From: Lingula anatina
Lineage: Eukaryota; Animalia; Brachiopoda
NCBI GenBank assembly: GCA_051362555.1
Contig: CM120640.1
Location: 24,166,225 to 24,230,224 of the forward strand
Reading direction: 5' to 3'
DNA: 64,000 nucleotides
In this document: in pieces, positions 1-14,783 of the stretch
How the letters are laid out: every line of letters begins with the position of its first letter
How positions within the stretch are numbered: the stretch's first letter is position 1
Translations under genes and position numbers: made by a program
The notes under the pieces: model-generated
Databases searched by the model: none
Told to the model about the DNA's origin: nothing
What the model saw: only the letters and a program-made list of their open reading frames with translations

Positions 1-3000
1 AAGCATTTTGATTGCCCACACACTAAATACTTCATAAAAGAATTCCAATTTTTATGAAGCTACAAATTGTCTCCTATTGTTGAGTGCCATTGCCTGTTTT
101 GTGTAATTAAAATTACCCAAAACACTGAAGTAAAAGTTTAAAATGTTATGCAGACTAATTTCACCCAAAAGGGTTCTCTCATTTGCATTACCTGAAATTA
201 ACCTTCCTACGATACAAAATGCATTTTGCAAAAACATTCTCACTCCTGCACATGAAGTATTTTCCTTATCACTATAAATACAAAGGGAATCCCTTTAATA
301 ATATAGACAAAATAAAAGTAATTTTAAGCAAAGTCCAATAGATTTACATTTTAATACATACAATCAACAAAATATTCCATGATACTTTCTCAAACTACAC
401 TGGAAATCAAACGAAATTGAATCAAATCAATCAAATTTGGTGTAAACACTGGCAGATTTTGTCAATTTCGCTATCTTATTTCCAAAAGTGCACTTCTTGC
501 ACATGCACAGTCGTTTGACACCTGTGCTATGTGTGCACATATACCCAGGGCATGCACATGCATGCGTTGCACACAGGGTCACACTGAAGAAAAGTCACCA
601 ATATATCAAGGACAAATGACTGTTGTTATATATTTGCATTAACCACACTTAATGAAAATCTGATTTTCTAGAAACCTCCAGGTTTTTAAACAAAATCCCA
701 CAATGCTTCTTATCTTGAACTTAGCAGAAGGAACGCCAACCAAAGAGAACTGAGAGTTAACCCTCTAACTGAACCAATCAAATGGTGAAACACAACCATA
801 AATATTTTAACTACTCTCCATCATAAGTGGCTGTGAGCAGCAACACCAGACATCAGTCACTGGAGCCTTTTCATTATAAATCAGCTTGGCGACATTCAAA
901 TTTCCATAAATGCAATCAGAACTTACCCACACAACTTTGGTATTTGAAGCACTGCTTGATTCAATCTTAGAAGAGCAAATGAGTTCAGAAACCCTTTATC
1001 ATTTCCAACCAACATTTGGTCTTGAATACATATTTTTTTTCTTGATCAGGCAAACAGACTACTTTCCTCAAAAGATGGCTCCATGCAACAGTACATAACC
1101 GTACGCTGGTGGCCATTACGATCCGTAATATTATCAGCTCACTGGTTCTTATTATGTTGGCTAAGACACTATGACAGGTTAAGCTTTCCTGGTCTTCCAC
1201 AGGCATGTGTGTACAGCTTGGAGAAAAATATATACACACAGCTGATTATATCTACCAACCTCTGCATACATCTATTTACCTGACTGTCAGTGGCACAGCA
1301 AGAGACATCAAGATGTGGACACAATCATCTTTGCAGATTTGCAATTCCCCGTAATTTAATCACCATAGTATAATGATGGAACCTCATTGGCTGTAGTTGT
1401 CATAGTAGCAGAATAAATAGAAGGAAGTCCTTGACGCATCTGGCAGTGTCTCGATCTCTGCTTAGCTCTGTTATGAAGATGGCTTCATTAGTGAAGAGAT
1501 GTCCTCTGCATGAGCTTTCAATGTCATCAAGTTTTCCTCTTACACAACAAGTGCAACGAATGATTACATCCTATAGGCAAAATAAGGTTAATACTGAATG
1601 CAATTCAAAGTAATGGAAAAATGATGCCCAGTCATAAGATGATATCAAAAAATACATCTAATAAATTGAAACAGTGTTATACTGATATTACTGAGGAACA
1701 GAGCAAATAGTGCACGATGGATCTTTAAGACCCCATTCCCATAAAAAAACATCCGTCTGCCTGGATCGATCCAACTCTGTAGAGACTCTTCCTGAATCTA
1801 CTGTTATACCCAGTAGAAGTTGGACGCTCACTAGTCTATTCAGTAGTGTGTTGGTAGCCCTTTCGTTATATGGAAATAGGGACTGGAGACCAGGCTGCTA
1901 GGAAGACGAAAATCAAAATAATGATGGCAGTCTAATACTGCAGGCCAAAAGTCTATTTTAAGGTAGACTACTTTTGGCAACATTGACTTCAAGCCAGACT
2001 GACATCTTACCGATGATGACAGTCTATGGTGCACCTCTTAAGTAGTCTTTTTGCAGTTGGGCTCTCTTTTTTTAGAGTAATCTTAGTCCTTTAAGTTATA
2101 TTCTGATTTTAGTAATCAAATAAATTAATAATAGTTATGAAATACTGAAATGCATTAAATTAGAAAAGGTACCTGATACACAAAGAAAAAAGTGATTTTA
2201 AGCAGCAGGGGTCACCAGGGGATGGAATGACTACAACAGTTTAGACCTTAGTCAATATTAAAATTGAATAAAAAACATCCCCAGTTATGTTAATGCCTCC
2301 CCCCCCCAAACACACACACACACACAAAAGGATTTAAGCAATACCAACATTTATTTTTATGTACATGTATTTTATGGGCTCATGAATCCCCTATCCCACT
2401 GTAGCTGTAATGGTCTCATGAATCTCTACCAATATATGAGGATTGAACTTGACAGAGTATTCTGCAAGAAAATAACTAAGTTTTCTTTTCGATAACAAAG
2501 CTATGTTTGCAGTTGTATAATCAAACCACAAACCTCTCTCCAATTACATGCCACTAATTCATTATGGGATTAATAAATGAATGCTACCGCAGAAATCAAT
2601 TATGTATCAAATATACAAGAGAAGAAACCCTTTTGCCCCTACCCGGATCTCCATAGATTAAAGGGTCCATTACCACCCTAACCTTTTTTACTAAAATTTC
2701 ATCTCCATCTTACTATGGCAATATTTCTGATTTCTGCTTTATTAGCAAATGGCTTTTCTCTTTCATTTCACTTGAATACATAATATGGAATAATAATAAT
2801 TTGCAGAATGCACAAGGTCCATCAGGCAACCCTTACAGCTAGTGAAATACATATGCATATATTGCATCAATTATTAACCCATCAATGGATGGTCCAAGTA
2901 TGGTCCATAATGCATAGGAAATAATATTTATAAACAACCAACTCACCACCCAAAAAACGAAAACAGCAAACTACTTGATCCCTAGTCAGACAGGCAACTG

Positions 3001-3683
3001 AAAACATAATTATATTTCAGCTTTCACTTTCCACAATCAATTTTCCAGTCATTCTTTCTAATCCTATTAGTTTAACAAGCACATCTAGTTCACCATATAT
3101 TTCTACCTGCATGCCACTCATCCCCAGTGTCGACCTGGGAAGGGGAAATTAGATTTATTTAATGCAACCGTGACATCTGGACCCTGGGGACAAAAATCAT
3201 CATGACCAAAAAGTCAGACGTCAAAAAGAGTAAAGAAAGAAGATAACTTACCTTTTTTTTTTTTTTTGAAAAATATAATGTATTTCAAAGGTTATTCCGA
3301 ATTTATGATGATGTATTAGTTTATGAGAAAGAAGCCATTTTTCAACTACTTTACTCTAGTGATTCAACTTGACTGGTGCCAGTTACCAAAGACCAAAATC
3401 ATTTCAGAGAAACAAGCCAGAGGGTCAGTAAGATCTTAAAGACCCTTTAATAGTAAGTTAACAACACTCAAGTATGTAATCAAATATTGAAAAGGTTTTG
3501 AATTTTTTCTATTATTAAACACAGAATAATCTGGCACCACTGTAACAGACAGTAAGAGACCCTTCTGAATAATTAAAGAGTGTATGGGAGAAAATTGTTT
3601 CTGCATGAAAAATATTTCTCAAGACCAATTTCTTATTAAAAATATACAATTAAATCATCTGACCAATTTGGATTGATAAGAAA

Positions 3684-3743
3684 TTTGCAAAAAAAGAAAT
3701 GTAGTTAATTCACTTTGCAAAAAAAGAAATGTAGTCAATTTAC
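3684..3743. repeat. 30-bp tandem duplication
   Basis: TTTGCAAAAAAAGAAATGTAGTYAATTYACT, two copies. Confidence 0.8.
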
Positions 3744-6700
3744 TAAATACTAGTAATTAAGATCTTAAACATAGCCAAGGTGAAAAAACTGCAAAATACT
3801 TTCAACTATATAAGCAAAATTATCATAGAGAGAAGGTAATCACAGTCAAACCATCTGCAAAATACCTACAATATATCTCCCCAGATTTGGATGGAAAAAT
3901 CCATTGTTGTTATAAAAATCCATAAACGCTTGCCAGGTTGACAAATACATGATCCATAATCACTATATATCTGACAGTGATACACAGCTCCAGTTGAACT
4001 AACCTGATAGAGTGGTTTACCTTTTTTAAAGCAATTAGTGTTCCTAATGTGCCATTCATTGAATTGATGGACTGACACTAATTTGACAGTTTGCTGAGTG
4101 GATTTTAACAATTGTTTCACTGCTGGGCTCAATACTCAGTGATAAAAGGTAAAGCTACAGGCTGGAGGTTTTTAGCATTTTTTAAGGAACTCAGTGCAGT
4201 GAAGATCAATATCCAATTGATACCTCATTTAATAATGTGCAATGCTCTATAAGGCAGTTTCACTGTGCTTTTCAAATAAGCATGTTCTCTGTAATTGAAA
4301 TATTGACTGAAACCTCAATTCTTATAAATAGACATATAACAAAACAGCCATGATAGCCTTAAACTTGTTTTGGTCAATGTCAGTGGGAAAGCCAATTTAT
4401 GGACCTTGCATTGCAGCATTATTATTAAGCTCTGCCTTCCATAACCTTGAAAAAAAATTTTGTTTTTTTCACATTGTAGACAAACAAAGTGTTTTTCTCT
4501 TTAATCAGTTTTTATCATTGTAAAGCACCCTGAGTTTCAGAGGTCACTGGAACTCGCTGCTATTGTTATTGGCATGCTGTTAACAGAGGCAAGTTTCCAG
4601 TGATCTCTGAGACTCAGGGTGTGTCCTGGCGTACAACTGCAGGAATCTGCCACGTCTTTATGTCTCAATATAATCATGTGTACTGCTCTTTGATTTCAAG
4701 CTCTGAGTACTTTCAACTCGTGACACAATGCCACCTGCGTCACTCTGAGAATGATGATGATGGCTGATCAGGTCAAAATATTTCATGTGAGTGATTAGTT
4801 TTTACTGAGTTTGATCTCTATCCTCTACCAAACTGGTAAAACTATTTTGACAAGGTTGAAACTCTTTGTGCTGGGAAAGTGATCTCATAAAATAATATTA
4901 AAAAAAATGTGAATATGTACTATTGTGTAAAAGACTATAATTCTACAACACTTTAAAGAAAACAATCAGAAAAGTATCTGTAGTCTGCCATTATATTTTC
5001 CCTAAAACTCTCTTCCAAATCTCACTTGACTTAATGCTAAATCACAAGACTGATGGCAATTATGTTAATTATGGATCGTTCCTATTATTTCACATAACCA
5101 CACTGATAATATACAGGATAATCTAAATTATTGGCATTTCAAGTTATAAATGTCTAAATTAATACTTTTTGGATAGTGCAAAGCTCTTTGAGGTATGGTT
5201 TGCTTATTTCTATCTTTACAACTTTACAATCTTGACAAAACAAAACTTTCTTGTTCGTGCCATCATCATGAAGGGCTGGGAATGGACTAAGAAATATCCC
5301 AATATCAATCACTGCTATCATTACCACCTCATCCCTATCTAAAGGACAGCAGTCCATCTTTGTTCACTGACATGATGTTGAGCTGACCCATAGCAACATA
5401 TCCAGCAAGGCTAGCAAATGTACAGAAAATATTGTATGTACGATTGACAACAGGCAAAATTTTAGTGATGAGATATAACTTACTATACAGCTGACTTTAT
5501 GAGAGTTCACTTTACAGAGATGAAAGCAGACCTTTAAAAAAATAAAACAAAACAAAACAAAAAAAAAAAAAAAAAAAAACTAGAAATGAGATAAATCCAT
5601 AGACTTATTTCTAACCTTAAAACAAATAAATATTGAATATAACAGATCAAATGAAAATAACAAAAATCAAATGTCATCACAATGACAATACCATAAAACC
5701 ACCTGATTCAGAGGCAGGTAATCCCTAAATGCTCAGTCTTTTCAAAAAAGAAGAGCTGCAACACTCTTTCCATCCACACCTCCAAATTAACATAGGATCT
5801 TAAAAAGATTATCCACGATTTCCAGTAAGGAAGAATAAAAACGATTTCTATCTCATTCTGATATTGTAAAGACAACCATGATTTCCAGAGTTTTAATGTA
5901 ATTTTCTTCAATCTGATTTAAAGGATAGCCATCATTTGTATTCTAAATTGATCTTACTCTCCTGGGAAGAAGAACAAAGAGTACAGAAAGCACTGTATTT
6001 CAGGATATTATTCATTGATTGCTCCTGGGACTAGACCACTTTCACACTACTTACCGTACCTAGATGCACTTTAATCAGTGTTTAAAGTCTATTTTCCAGA
6101 CAAGTAATTTAGCAATATTTTTCTTACAGTATCTTTGATAAACATGAAAGTACTCCGATAATTATGTCCACCAGCACACACTAGAAAACAAGCAGTTTAT
6201 TTTGTACACAAAATTTAAAATGCAATCACTTCCTCTACAAGCATCTAGATGTTATTAAATTTCTTTGCAATTTAAAGGTTATGAGTAAGCCAGGGTGATT
6301 GGAGAGATACTAGAAGTTAAATGACAGCTTATTAATCCTAATGTCTTCCAATTGCAATAATGCACTTCCTCCTGGATAACTGTCATTCATCTCAAACCTA
6401 GCCTCGTATCTCAGCGCCATTTCCACACAGAAAAAATACTCAATAAACACGATCCTAATCTGCTCTTTGTGTCTTAGCCCCAGCCAAAATAATTATCAAT
6501 AAGCCTGTTCATGATTCCAAGGAATTATATTTACTAATGATTTTAGTGATATTTATAACTTACTTTGGAAAACAAAAAGCAAAACAGCGATATTTGGCTC
6601 TTGTCTCAAAAGCATAATCAGGCTGAATGCCCACAGGTCGTTGGATGTTGGTAGGTCATTCTGCCGTTTAGCACCTCCAGTGAGAATCGTCCATAGGTCA

Positions 6701-7301
6701 ATCAACAACCTGGGGGCATTCAGCCTGGTGATGCTCTTGAGACAAGAGCCAAATATAGCTGTGTTTCACTACAGGAGTCCAGAGAAATTTTTATATATTT
6801 TTTGTTTGAATAAAAGCACAGAGGTACAACGAAATCGATTTTTGTTGATTCGCAGCAGTAGGGAATACTTACAGGTGTGTGTAACAAACTCAATAATGTT
6901 CCCTGGAGTATTGCTTTAACTGACAAAGAATCTGTAAGGCTGCTAACCTCATTTTTTATTTCATTTTTTACCAGTCTTTTGACTAAGTCCCATGAGCATA
7001 TTGGGATTGTCTTGACAAAGGGGTGTACTTTCACTGGAGATAACAGCCCATTAAGGTATGGCAGATAAAACTCATGATAGGCCAATCATTCTTAAAAGCT
7101 CCAACACCAAGACAACAAAGTAGTAGAGCTATCCAATTTTAGCAGTCTAACTAAAGCCCATACACTTTACACTGACTTAAAATTTTAGGTGAAACAGGGC
7201 CTTTGACTAGGAAATAATTAATTTGAAGTTACAATTCCTAGAACTAATCAAACTCCCAACAAAAAATATGACTAAGAATATTGGAGGGAATACCAACCTT
7301 A

Positions 7302-7560
7302 GGCTTCGTTCACATGCAATGTCTATTTTCTATTTTCTATTTTCTATTTTCGGTATGTCTTATGATCACGGTCTGTGCACTGAATATCCCGCGGCGTAAT
7401 TACTGGCAGCGCGAGCCAGTTACTTATAGTAACTTATAGTAACTGGCTCGCGCTGCAAGTAATTACGCCGCGGGATATTCAGTGCACAGACCGTGATCAT
7501 AAGACATACCGAAAATAGAAAATAGAAAATAGAAAATAGACATTGCATGTGAACGAAGCC
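7302..7560. mobile_element. Near-perfect palindromic MITE, PIF/Harbinger-like
   Basis: 259 bp; arms of ~125 bp with one visible mismatch; termini GGCTTCGTTCACATG...CATGTGAACGAAGCC; TTA on both sides (7299-7301, 7561-7563). Confidence 0.85.
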
Positions 7561-8439
7561 TTAGTAAATCAAACCACTAGATTTGATGGTTTGTTTACCT
7601 GATACAATGCTATCTTTACAATGCTGCTAATGTCTCGTTCAAACTCGAACATTCAACATTCATCGTTCACTTATGACACAAATTTTTAATTTCTGATTCC
7701 ACATTTTTTTTCTACGTACACCTGAGTCTGGGAACTAACTAATCTGCATGCATGCAGTCTACAATCTAACTACTTACTACCTAACTACTTAACTATATTT
7801 CTGAAGGGTTTATAGTAAACGTAAATAGTCATATTCCATGATACTTAAAAAAAACTACAGTACATATCTATGATTTGTTACAACAAGTGTCCAACTGGTC
7901 ATTCCAACCTATTCCAAAATACTGGACCTTTGTAACAAAAGCAATTGATATCTTGCCAATTTGAGACTAGAATTTATCTTCTGAGAATTCCCTAGCACCC
8001 AAATTCCGTAAGTTCCTTCTGCTTCAATAACCCTTCTACTTCATTAAACAAACTCAAGATCTCTTTATACTTTCAATTAAACAATGACTTTTTTTAGGGG
8101 GGGGGGGAGATTCTCAGTGGTGTCTGCACAAAATTGAAGCTTACATTGAAGCAACATCAGTATATAATAATTCTAAATAACTGAAACATACAATTTCATT
8201 TTAATTAAAGATGACTGATTACAGTCTCATTAAAAATAATAAAGTTGAAAGCATGCTTTATATTGTTTTATAAAATCAATGGTACAAAACCACTTTGTTT
8301 CTTCTCTCTTTTGTACCTATAATAATTGGATAAATCATAAAAGGCAACCTTGTTGTATTTTTGTCCCTAAAAAGTTTCAATCCCTCTTGTTATCCCTGAA
8401 TAAAAGAATACAATAACATTCATTATCTAGCATATCTTA

Positions 8440-8665
8440 GACTGGCTTCCCACAGATTTAGATCGATCCATCTGGATCGACCTAACTCCCTGGGGGTTCA
8501 CACTAAATTGCTGTCAGCCTCCAGGAGCCGAGCGAGCACAAAAGTTAATTGCCCCCTTACACCTTTTAGTAGGCAGGACAGACATTAAAGCCGGCTAAGC
8601 TGATAGCAATCTAGTGAGACTCCCCAGGGGGATAGATCGATCTAAATGTCTGTGGGAATGGTCTC
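8440..8665. mobile_element. Degenerate MITE with imperfect inverted arms
   Basis: TTCCCACAGATTTAGATCGATC...CTGGGGG at the left end versus CCCCAGGGGGATAGATCGATCTAAATGTCTGTGGGAA at the right; a related terminus lies near 1727-1780. Confidence 0.6.
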
Positions 8666-11600
8666 TTAAACATTTCTAGCAGCATATATTTACAGTATTA
8701 ACCACAAAATAAATACATTTGGTATTCTGCATTCCTTTTCAGCCTGCAATCTATCTACTGTACATGTAGATCAATAAAACACTAGTGAGAAAGAAATCAG
8801 GGACAAGTTTTATCTTCAGGGGGTACATCTTATAATACATGTGCCAGAGTGGAATTATACTGAAGTAAATTTAATATTTGACCTTCAAGGGTGACATTCT
8901 TAACTGACTCTTTTCACATGATACGATTTTATTGATCTTCTAATCTACATATTGAAACTGGAGACAGAAAATAGTGACCTTGCATGCAATTATCAATTGA
9001 TCAGAAGTAATACTTACAAGAAGACAACTGTGAAATCTTCAATCACTCTCCCAATCTGGATCAACCTGGGACAGGGAAGAAAAGGACATCATTAATTTTG
9101 TCCACAGGATTTCAAATGCAGCATTGCTTGTACATGTACATCTTGAAAGGGGCGAATAATCTAAACACAGCTGAATAGCATGCCGCAATGAAGCTTGTGT
9201 GCTACAACCTGGAAAGTAACATAATATTGTTCTTACAATCTTTACTCTTGACATCTTTTAAATTGCCCAAAGATGGGTTTATTTTATAGGAAAATATACT
9301 GGAATATACATGTAGAAAGCCAACAAAGCCTGTTATACAATGCAGTCTCCTTGTTTTTGAGAATGTACATGTAACCATCTAAGTTTGTAACAGCTTTTTC
9401 CTTGCACATTTATATGCAAAAATAAAAATGCTTGTACTTCTAGCAAGCAATCAAAATATATGCAATATTTTCTTTTCTTTTTTCTTGCTTAATTTCCCAG
9501 AACAAATTGTTCACTTGCATGACATGATTAAAATGCAGTCACTGTTATAATTACTTGTTTAGGCTTTTATACAAGAGAATGAAAACAAAATGAACACGTA
9601 AAAAAAACTTATTGGAAGGATATTTCAAAATAAAGTTTGACATTTTCTAATAAACAACAAACCATTACATGAACAATTATCTAACAAAGTTCTGGTATTA
9701 ATCAGATCTACTATATGTGATTAACAACCCTTAATTACAAAATGCAATGGAAACAACATGTTGACATAAATGGATGAATAATGGCACAACTAATTAGTAC
9801 TTGACAGAAATTGAACTTCACATCCAATACGACACAGATCCATTTTTCTGCAGAGAGGCAAGAGGAACAATGTGCTTTATGGTTCTGGTACAGAATAACC
9901 CCAGCTCCTAGGAATAGGCATTATCTAAGATAATAAGGCAGCTAATGACTATTGACCAGAGGGAGGAAATCAAACCCAACATTATCTTTGCTAGACACCT
10001 CCCTTGCATAATTTTCCAAAAGACTTCAAGCAACAATTTTCTTTATTGGATATTGTGCAATCCATTTCCACTTGGCTAAGAAATGACAGTGTTGTCAATC
10101 TCCATTCAATAATGCAACCCAGACACCTCCCTGGAATGTCAACATCCATTTTATTGAACAGTTATTTGCAGCTTTTTGTGATTTTCCAGTGCACATGTAC
10201 GGGCAATTCTTTTACAATTATTCTTACTAACAAAAGAAGAAAAAAACCTTACCAGATTCCCCTTGGTAAAATCCTGTCTATATTGTTCTTTGATCTTTGT
10301 GCAGATGAGAATAAATGTTCTCAATCTGAAGGCTTTTTCACATGCAGTGTTATGAAACTGACAAATAGTCCTTGGGAATATTTGTAATACAAGCAGGTCA
10401 GAAATTGCAATGCAGCTTTCAACAAAATTCATCCAAACAATGTAATGACACCAAATTCCTTCCTTTCTTCTTACACTGACTAATGCATTGCCACATAAAA
10501 CCTCATGTTTAAAATCAAAACAAATCACCTCAAGGTTACCACATGCTTCATTGAACCTAAAATGAACATTGTCTCAGTGTGGACACAGGGCCTGAAGATC
10601 CCAGACAAGGGGTCCCCTTTCAAGCTCTATGGTGTTATTTCACCAACTGATCCCTTGACCCAAGTCTTGTTTTGACCACCTATGAACAATTCGGGTTTTT
10701 TTTACCTAATCCATTCAATGCAATGCATTTTACAGTTTATTATAGTAATTCGAATCAATGCATTCAATGTAATCAATTTTGTAATAGTCATGCAAGATCA
10801 TTTTATGGGACACTGGGAAACCATATCAAGTCCAGGCTAGCTCAAGTTTCATATAAGGCTTGCTCTGCCTCATACTGTCCTTTCACACAACTACATTAAG
10901 TGCTATTTGTTGATTATAAATGTTGACTATTTTTTTTTTTTTTTGTGATTTCAAGGTTTTGATCTTTTGCTTATTTCAAAATTGTTACAGAGTTATCTTG
11001 TGTCAGAAAAGAAAGATTAAAGGCTGGTAAGTCCAGGGGAAATGTTATTTAATTACCCCAGAAAAATAAGTTAAATACGAGTTTTTGGTGGGAAAATATA
11101 TATCCTGGCTTGGAAGGTTTGAACATTATCATAATTTTTTGTTAAGAGAATACATTAAAATTGATCAATTAATGTTTCACTCTTTGAAAGAAAAATATCT
11201 GTCTGTCTGTTCATCTATCTACGTACATATCTGACATATATACAAATAAAGTTAACCATGTAAAAAATCACTAGCAAAAGAGTCAGAGCATGACTCTGTC
11301 ACTGATCTTGGTTATTATACATGCATGCATTTAAATGACAGTTGCATCTACAGCTTTTGATGGGCCAAGGAAAACAGAAGCTGTGTCTGATTCTTTTTTT
11401 TTTCTCAAAAAGTATAAGAATGTCTTGGAATATAGTCAAAATATACCTGATATTACTATGTGACATTTATCCCTTTCTCTATAACTTCCTTCGTGTGAGG
11501 TCAATTTCTACCCTGAATATCAAAAATAGCACATGATTGACTGAGCACTTTCTACCTGGCCTGCTTCATTCTCAATATATACATAAAGTATTGTACATAC

Positions 11601-12218
11601 CACAAGTTCATCCACAGTGGATCAATACTGATTAAACTGAACCTTTGATTAGGTCATCCAATAATAATAAATTATTATCAATAATATGTATTGTGTTTCT
11701 CTGGTCAAATCTCCCAACTTAACCTATAGACTAGACCTTGGCCATTATACATACCTGTCAGGTAACTGAATCACCAACAGCGACTGGGAATTTATTCTTC
11801 TATCATAGCTGTTATCTCACAGTTAGTGTCTGGGACGTGCAAGAAAAAGAACAATAAAATTATAAATCATTAAAATACAGCTGCAAACTGTATGAGTCCA
11901 CAATTATCAGTAAATTAAATGCGACCATCCTCTTTGTTCATGCTACAGAGAGTCATTGCTCCGTCGTAATCCCAATACTTTAAAGTATCAAACAATACTG
12001 AAATCGATTACTACAGCATAACTAACCTGCTGAACAAACATTGTTGAATGAATGAAAATCCTCTGCTTTTAAAAAAGCTTGTGGTCGCTTTCTACTCCAA
12101 ATGTTATAAAATATACTTACAGCACCATGTACAGCGTTTTTCTACGATGTCTTGCTCATCATCTTATTGTCGTAAATGAAAGAACAATTAAAAACACAAG
12201 AAAGCGGCTATAACATAC

Positions 12219-12686
12219 CTGCCTCAATATTGTAAACAAGATATCTGACCGACCACATGCAAGAACTTTTAATATAGGGAGCAGTTATTATACCATATGA
12301 TAAATAAACATAATACAAAAACATTTCCCACCCAAAGATAAATATTAGACTTTTATCATTGAAATATTGGATCAATCAGTGATTTAATTCATATACACTT
12401 TTTCTGGCCATTTTAATATTCTTTAAAAGTATAGTTAAATCTATGTAACGAGTGCTCCCCAATTTAGTTCAAGATAAGCTATTTAAAAACAATGCTCGAC
12501 TCTAGTCCAACGATAATCAATTCTAGGCCGATATATATGTAACAGATGTATTTTGCATCCACATAGCCACATAAGATACACTGAACAAAATTCATCAGTA
12601 TGATTTGGCAGAAATATTCAGTCGGCGCGAAGCGCCATCTATGTTAACGAACATTTATTTTCAGCGTCTCCAACCTTTTCGGAACG
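12219..12686. promoter_or_regulatory. Probable bidirectional promoter (AKIP1 and a leftward gene)
   Basis: Local CpG enrichment; E2F-like GGCGCGAA (12624-12631) and YY1-like CGCCATCT (12633-12640); minus-strand donor CAG|gtatgt at 12219 facing away from AKIP1. Confidence 0.5.
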
Positions 12687-14154
12687 ATGTCCCACCAGGT
12701 GAGGAACACTTTTTAAAGTGTAAAAAACACACTGTGTGTGTTAGTTCAGTACACTTACAGATGTCTGATTACTTTTATTCAGCTACAGTGTTTTTTTCTT
12801 CTTTGGACTTATATTTTGTTGTAGACATCTAGTATTAAACCGAACACCAGCTACATGAATACGAAGTTTCTTGTACCGTTTGTGTGTAAACAAATAATGT
12901 TACAGATTTCAGCTCTGCATCGGTCAGTGTGAATTGGTTCATATTTAAACTTGACCGTGGCTTACAAGTGGATTTGCATTTAACTAGGTTAGATATAACT
13001 CATGTTATGCAAATTACCTGCAAACACTGGAATATTGCATGTTGTTATTTTGCAGCACTCTGAAGAAGACTGGGTTCACTGTACGTTGTGTCGTGCTGAG
13101 AGGCAGGGCCAGGCTGTATTTCATAAAGCCAAACAAAGGAGGATAGACTGGCCCCGAACAAAGCAGTATTCTACTCCACCAGTTCAGGTAGGATAGTTAT
13201 AATAAAGGTGTACACTGTAATTTATGAACCCCTAGATAATGTAATATGAGAGTGTACTTAATTAATGTGATGCATAGTTGTAGGCAGGCTGTCCATTAGT
13301 AATAATGATGATGTCATAGCATATTTATATGAGATTTGTCTTGTTCTATGTAATTACTTGGTCTATTCCATTGAGACAAAGGGAAAAAGAGGAAAAATTG
13401 CAAACCTTCACAAACAAAGCATTTCTGTATATTTTATCTTTCAAGTACAAGTTTTGAAACATTTTAAAAAGGTTAAAGGAAAGGTTCTTGGTGAAACTTT
13501 TACGTGAGAAATGAATTATTGTTTTTTTTTTTTTGTTTTTGTTTATATATGCTAGGACCCTCTAGTCTACACAAGTATCGATGATGCTTTTTCCAGTGTT
13601 CTGCAATACATGACAACAACATCAAGACAGTGCAGGGTAAATCATTCTCATTTTTTGTCAAAAGAACAGTGCTATTCTTATTATATCAGTTGGAAATTTA
13701 TACTCTTAGACTTATATTTTTTTCAAAGATCTGACCAGTTATTGTTTAAAATAACAGGCTTCTATTTACGCTTTAGCGATACTATAGCGGTTGCAGTCAA
13801 ACAAATAAAAATCACCAAGACCAGGATCACTGCAGAAGATTCCACACACCCAAATACACCATGGTGCAGCGAAGAAATCCAGTAAGTATTTATCAAGAAG
13901 AATACTAATGTAAAAAAAAAAAAAAAAAAAAGATCTGCCTTTTTTAATTCCAATGCATAATGTAATAAATAAAAGTCATGATTGCTAATGATTAATTCAA
14001 CCCTTTTCAGCTTCAATCTGCAGAAGATGTCCATGTTGTTGTTCATCCTGGTTCCTATGCCGTGACAGCCGGAGCATGGGGATCTCCCAGACAGCAGACA
14101 CATATAGTTAATGTGGACAGAGGGCAAAGTGTCAATCTAGATTTTGTATTTTAG
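12687..14154 (+). CDS. AKIP1: A-kinase-interacting protein 1 (BCA3/C11orf17), 5 exons, 157 aa
   Basis: All-phase-0 exons 12687-12698 (MSHQ), 13056-13187, 13556-13636, 13777-13881, 14011-14154. Motifs KAKQRRIDW (human RAKRRAVDW), AFSSVLQYMTTTSRQCRRYYSG (human SFRTMAEFMDYTSSQCGKYYSS) and VHPGSYAVTAG...THIVNVDRGQSVNLDFVF* (human VYPGTYSVTVG...THVVAVDSGQSVDLVFPV). Confidence 0.88.
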
Positions 14155-14783
14155 TTGCACATCCTTTTATACCATTCGTGAACATTGGCCTTTTATATTT
14201 GCATAACATAGCAGAATCATTGTCAGCAATTCTTGATACACCATAATTTTCAGATATCCTTAATATCATCATTATAAATCATCCGTTAAATCAAGATGGC
14301 TTTATTAAATACAATCAGACAAGAATCCAGAGTTCATGGCTGTGTAGATGGGACATTTTTATGCATATTTTCTAGCAAAAGTTATTTTTTTCTTTTTGTA
14401 CATTCCTTTTAAATATTTTTTTAAATGTAGTTGGAAGGCACATATTATTTTCCAGTGAAGATGTTTTATAGTTTTCTGAAGATGCTCAAGATCATAGACT
14501 CCATGACACTGCGACCAGTACATACACAACATTTAGTTGTAGTTATAACTTAAACAAACAATCAAAAAAAAATTATTCTCATTTTGCATGTCATACCATT
14601 TTCATATCTGCGCTGGTCTTTTCAGGCATTTTGTCATGCTAGATTGTTATGAGAGAGGAATATGTGAAAGATAGTATGTATTTTGTAGCCTGTATATAAT
14701 TTTAGTAACATTTTGAGTTAGTTTTAACGTACGTTTCTTGATCTAATGTATTTTGTATTGTCCATAAATGTGAAATGAGGTAA

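Larger units (their letters stand above)
927..12270 (-). other. Putative 5'-UTR exons of a divergent minus-strand gene that continues left of the window
   Basis: Candidate exons with good splice signals: ~12270-12219, 11829-11755, 1570-1280, 1216-927; no recognisable protein domain in the window. Confidence 0.4.

Noticed and set aside
13758-13787. Upstream AKIP1 acceptor at 13757
   Set aside because: It gives ASIYALAIL* and loses the conserved C-terminus; the acceptor at 13776 restores homology.
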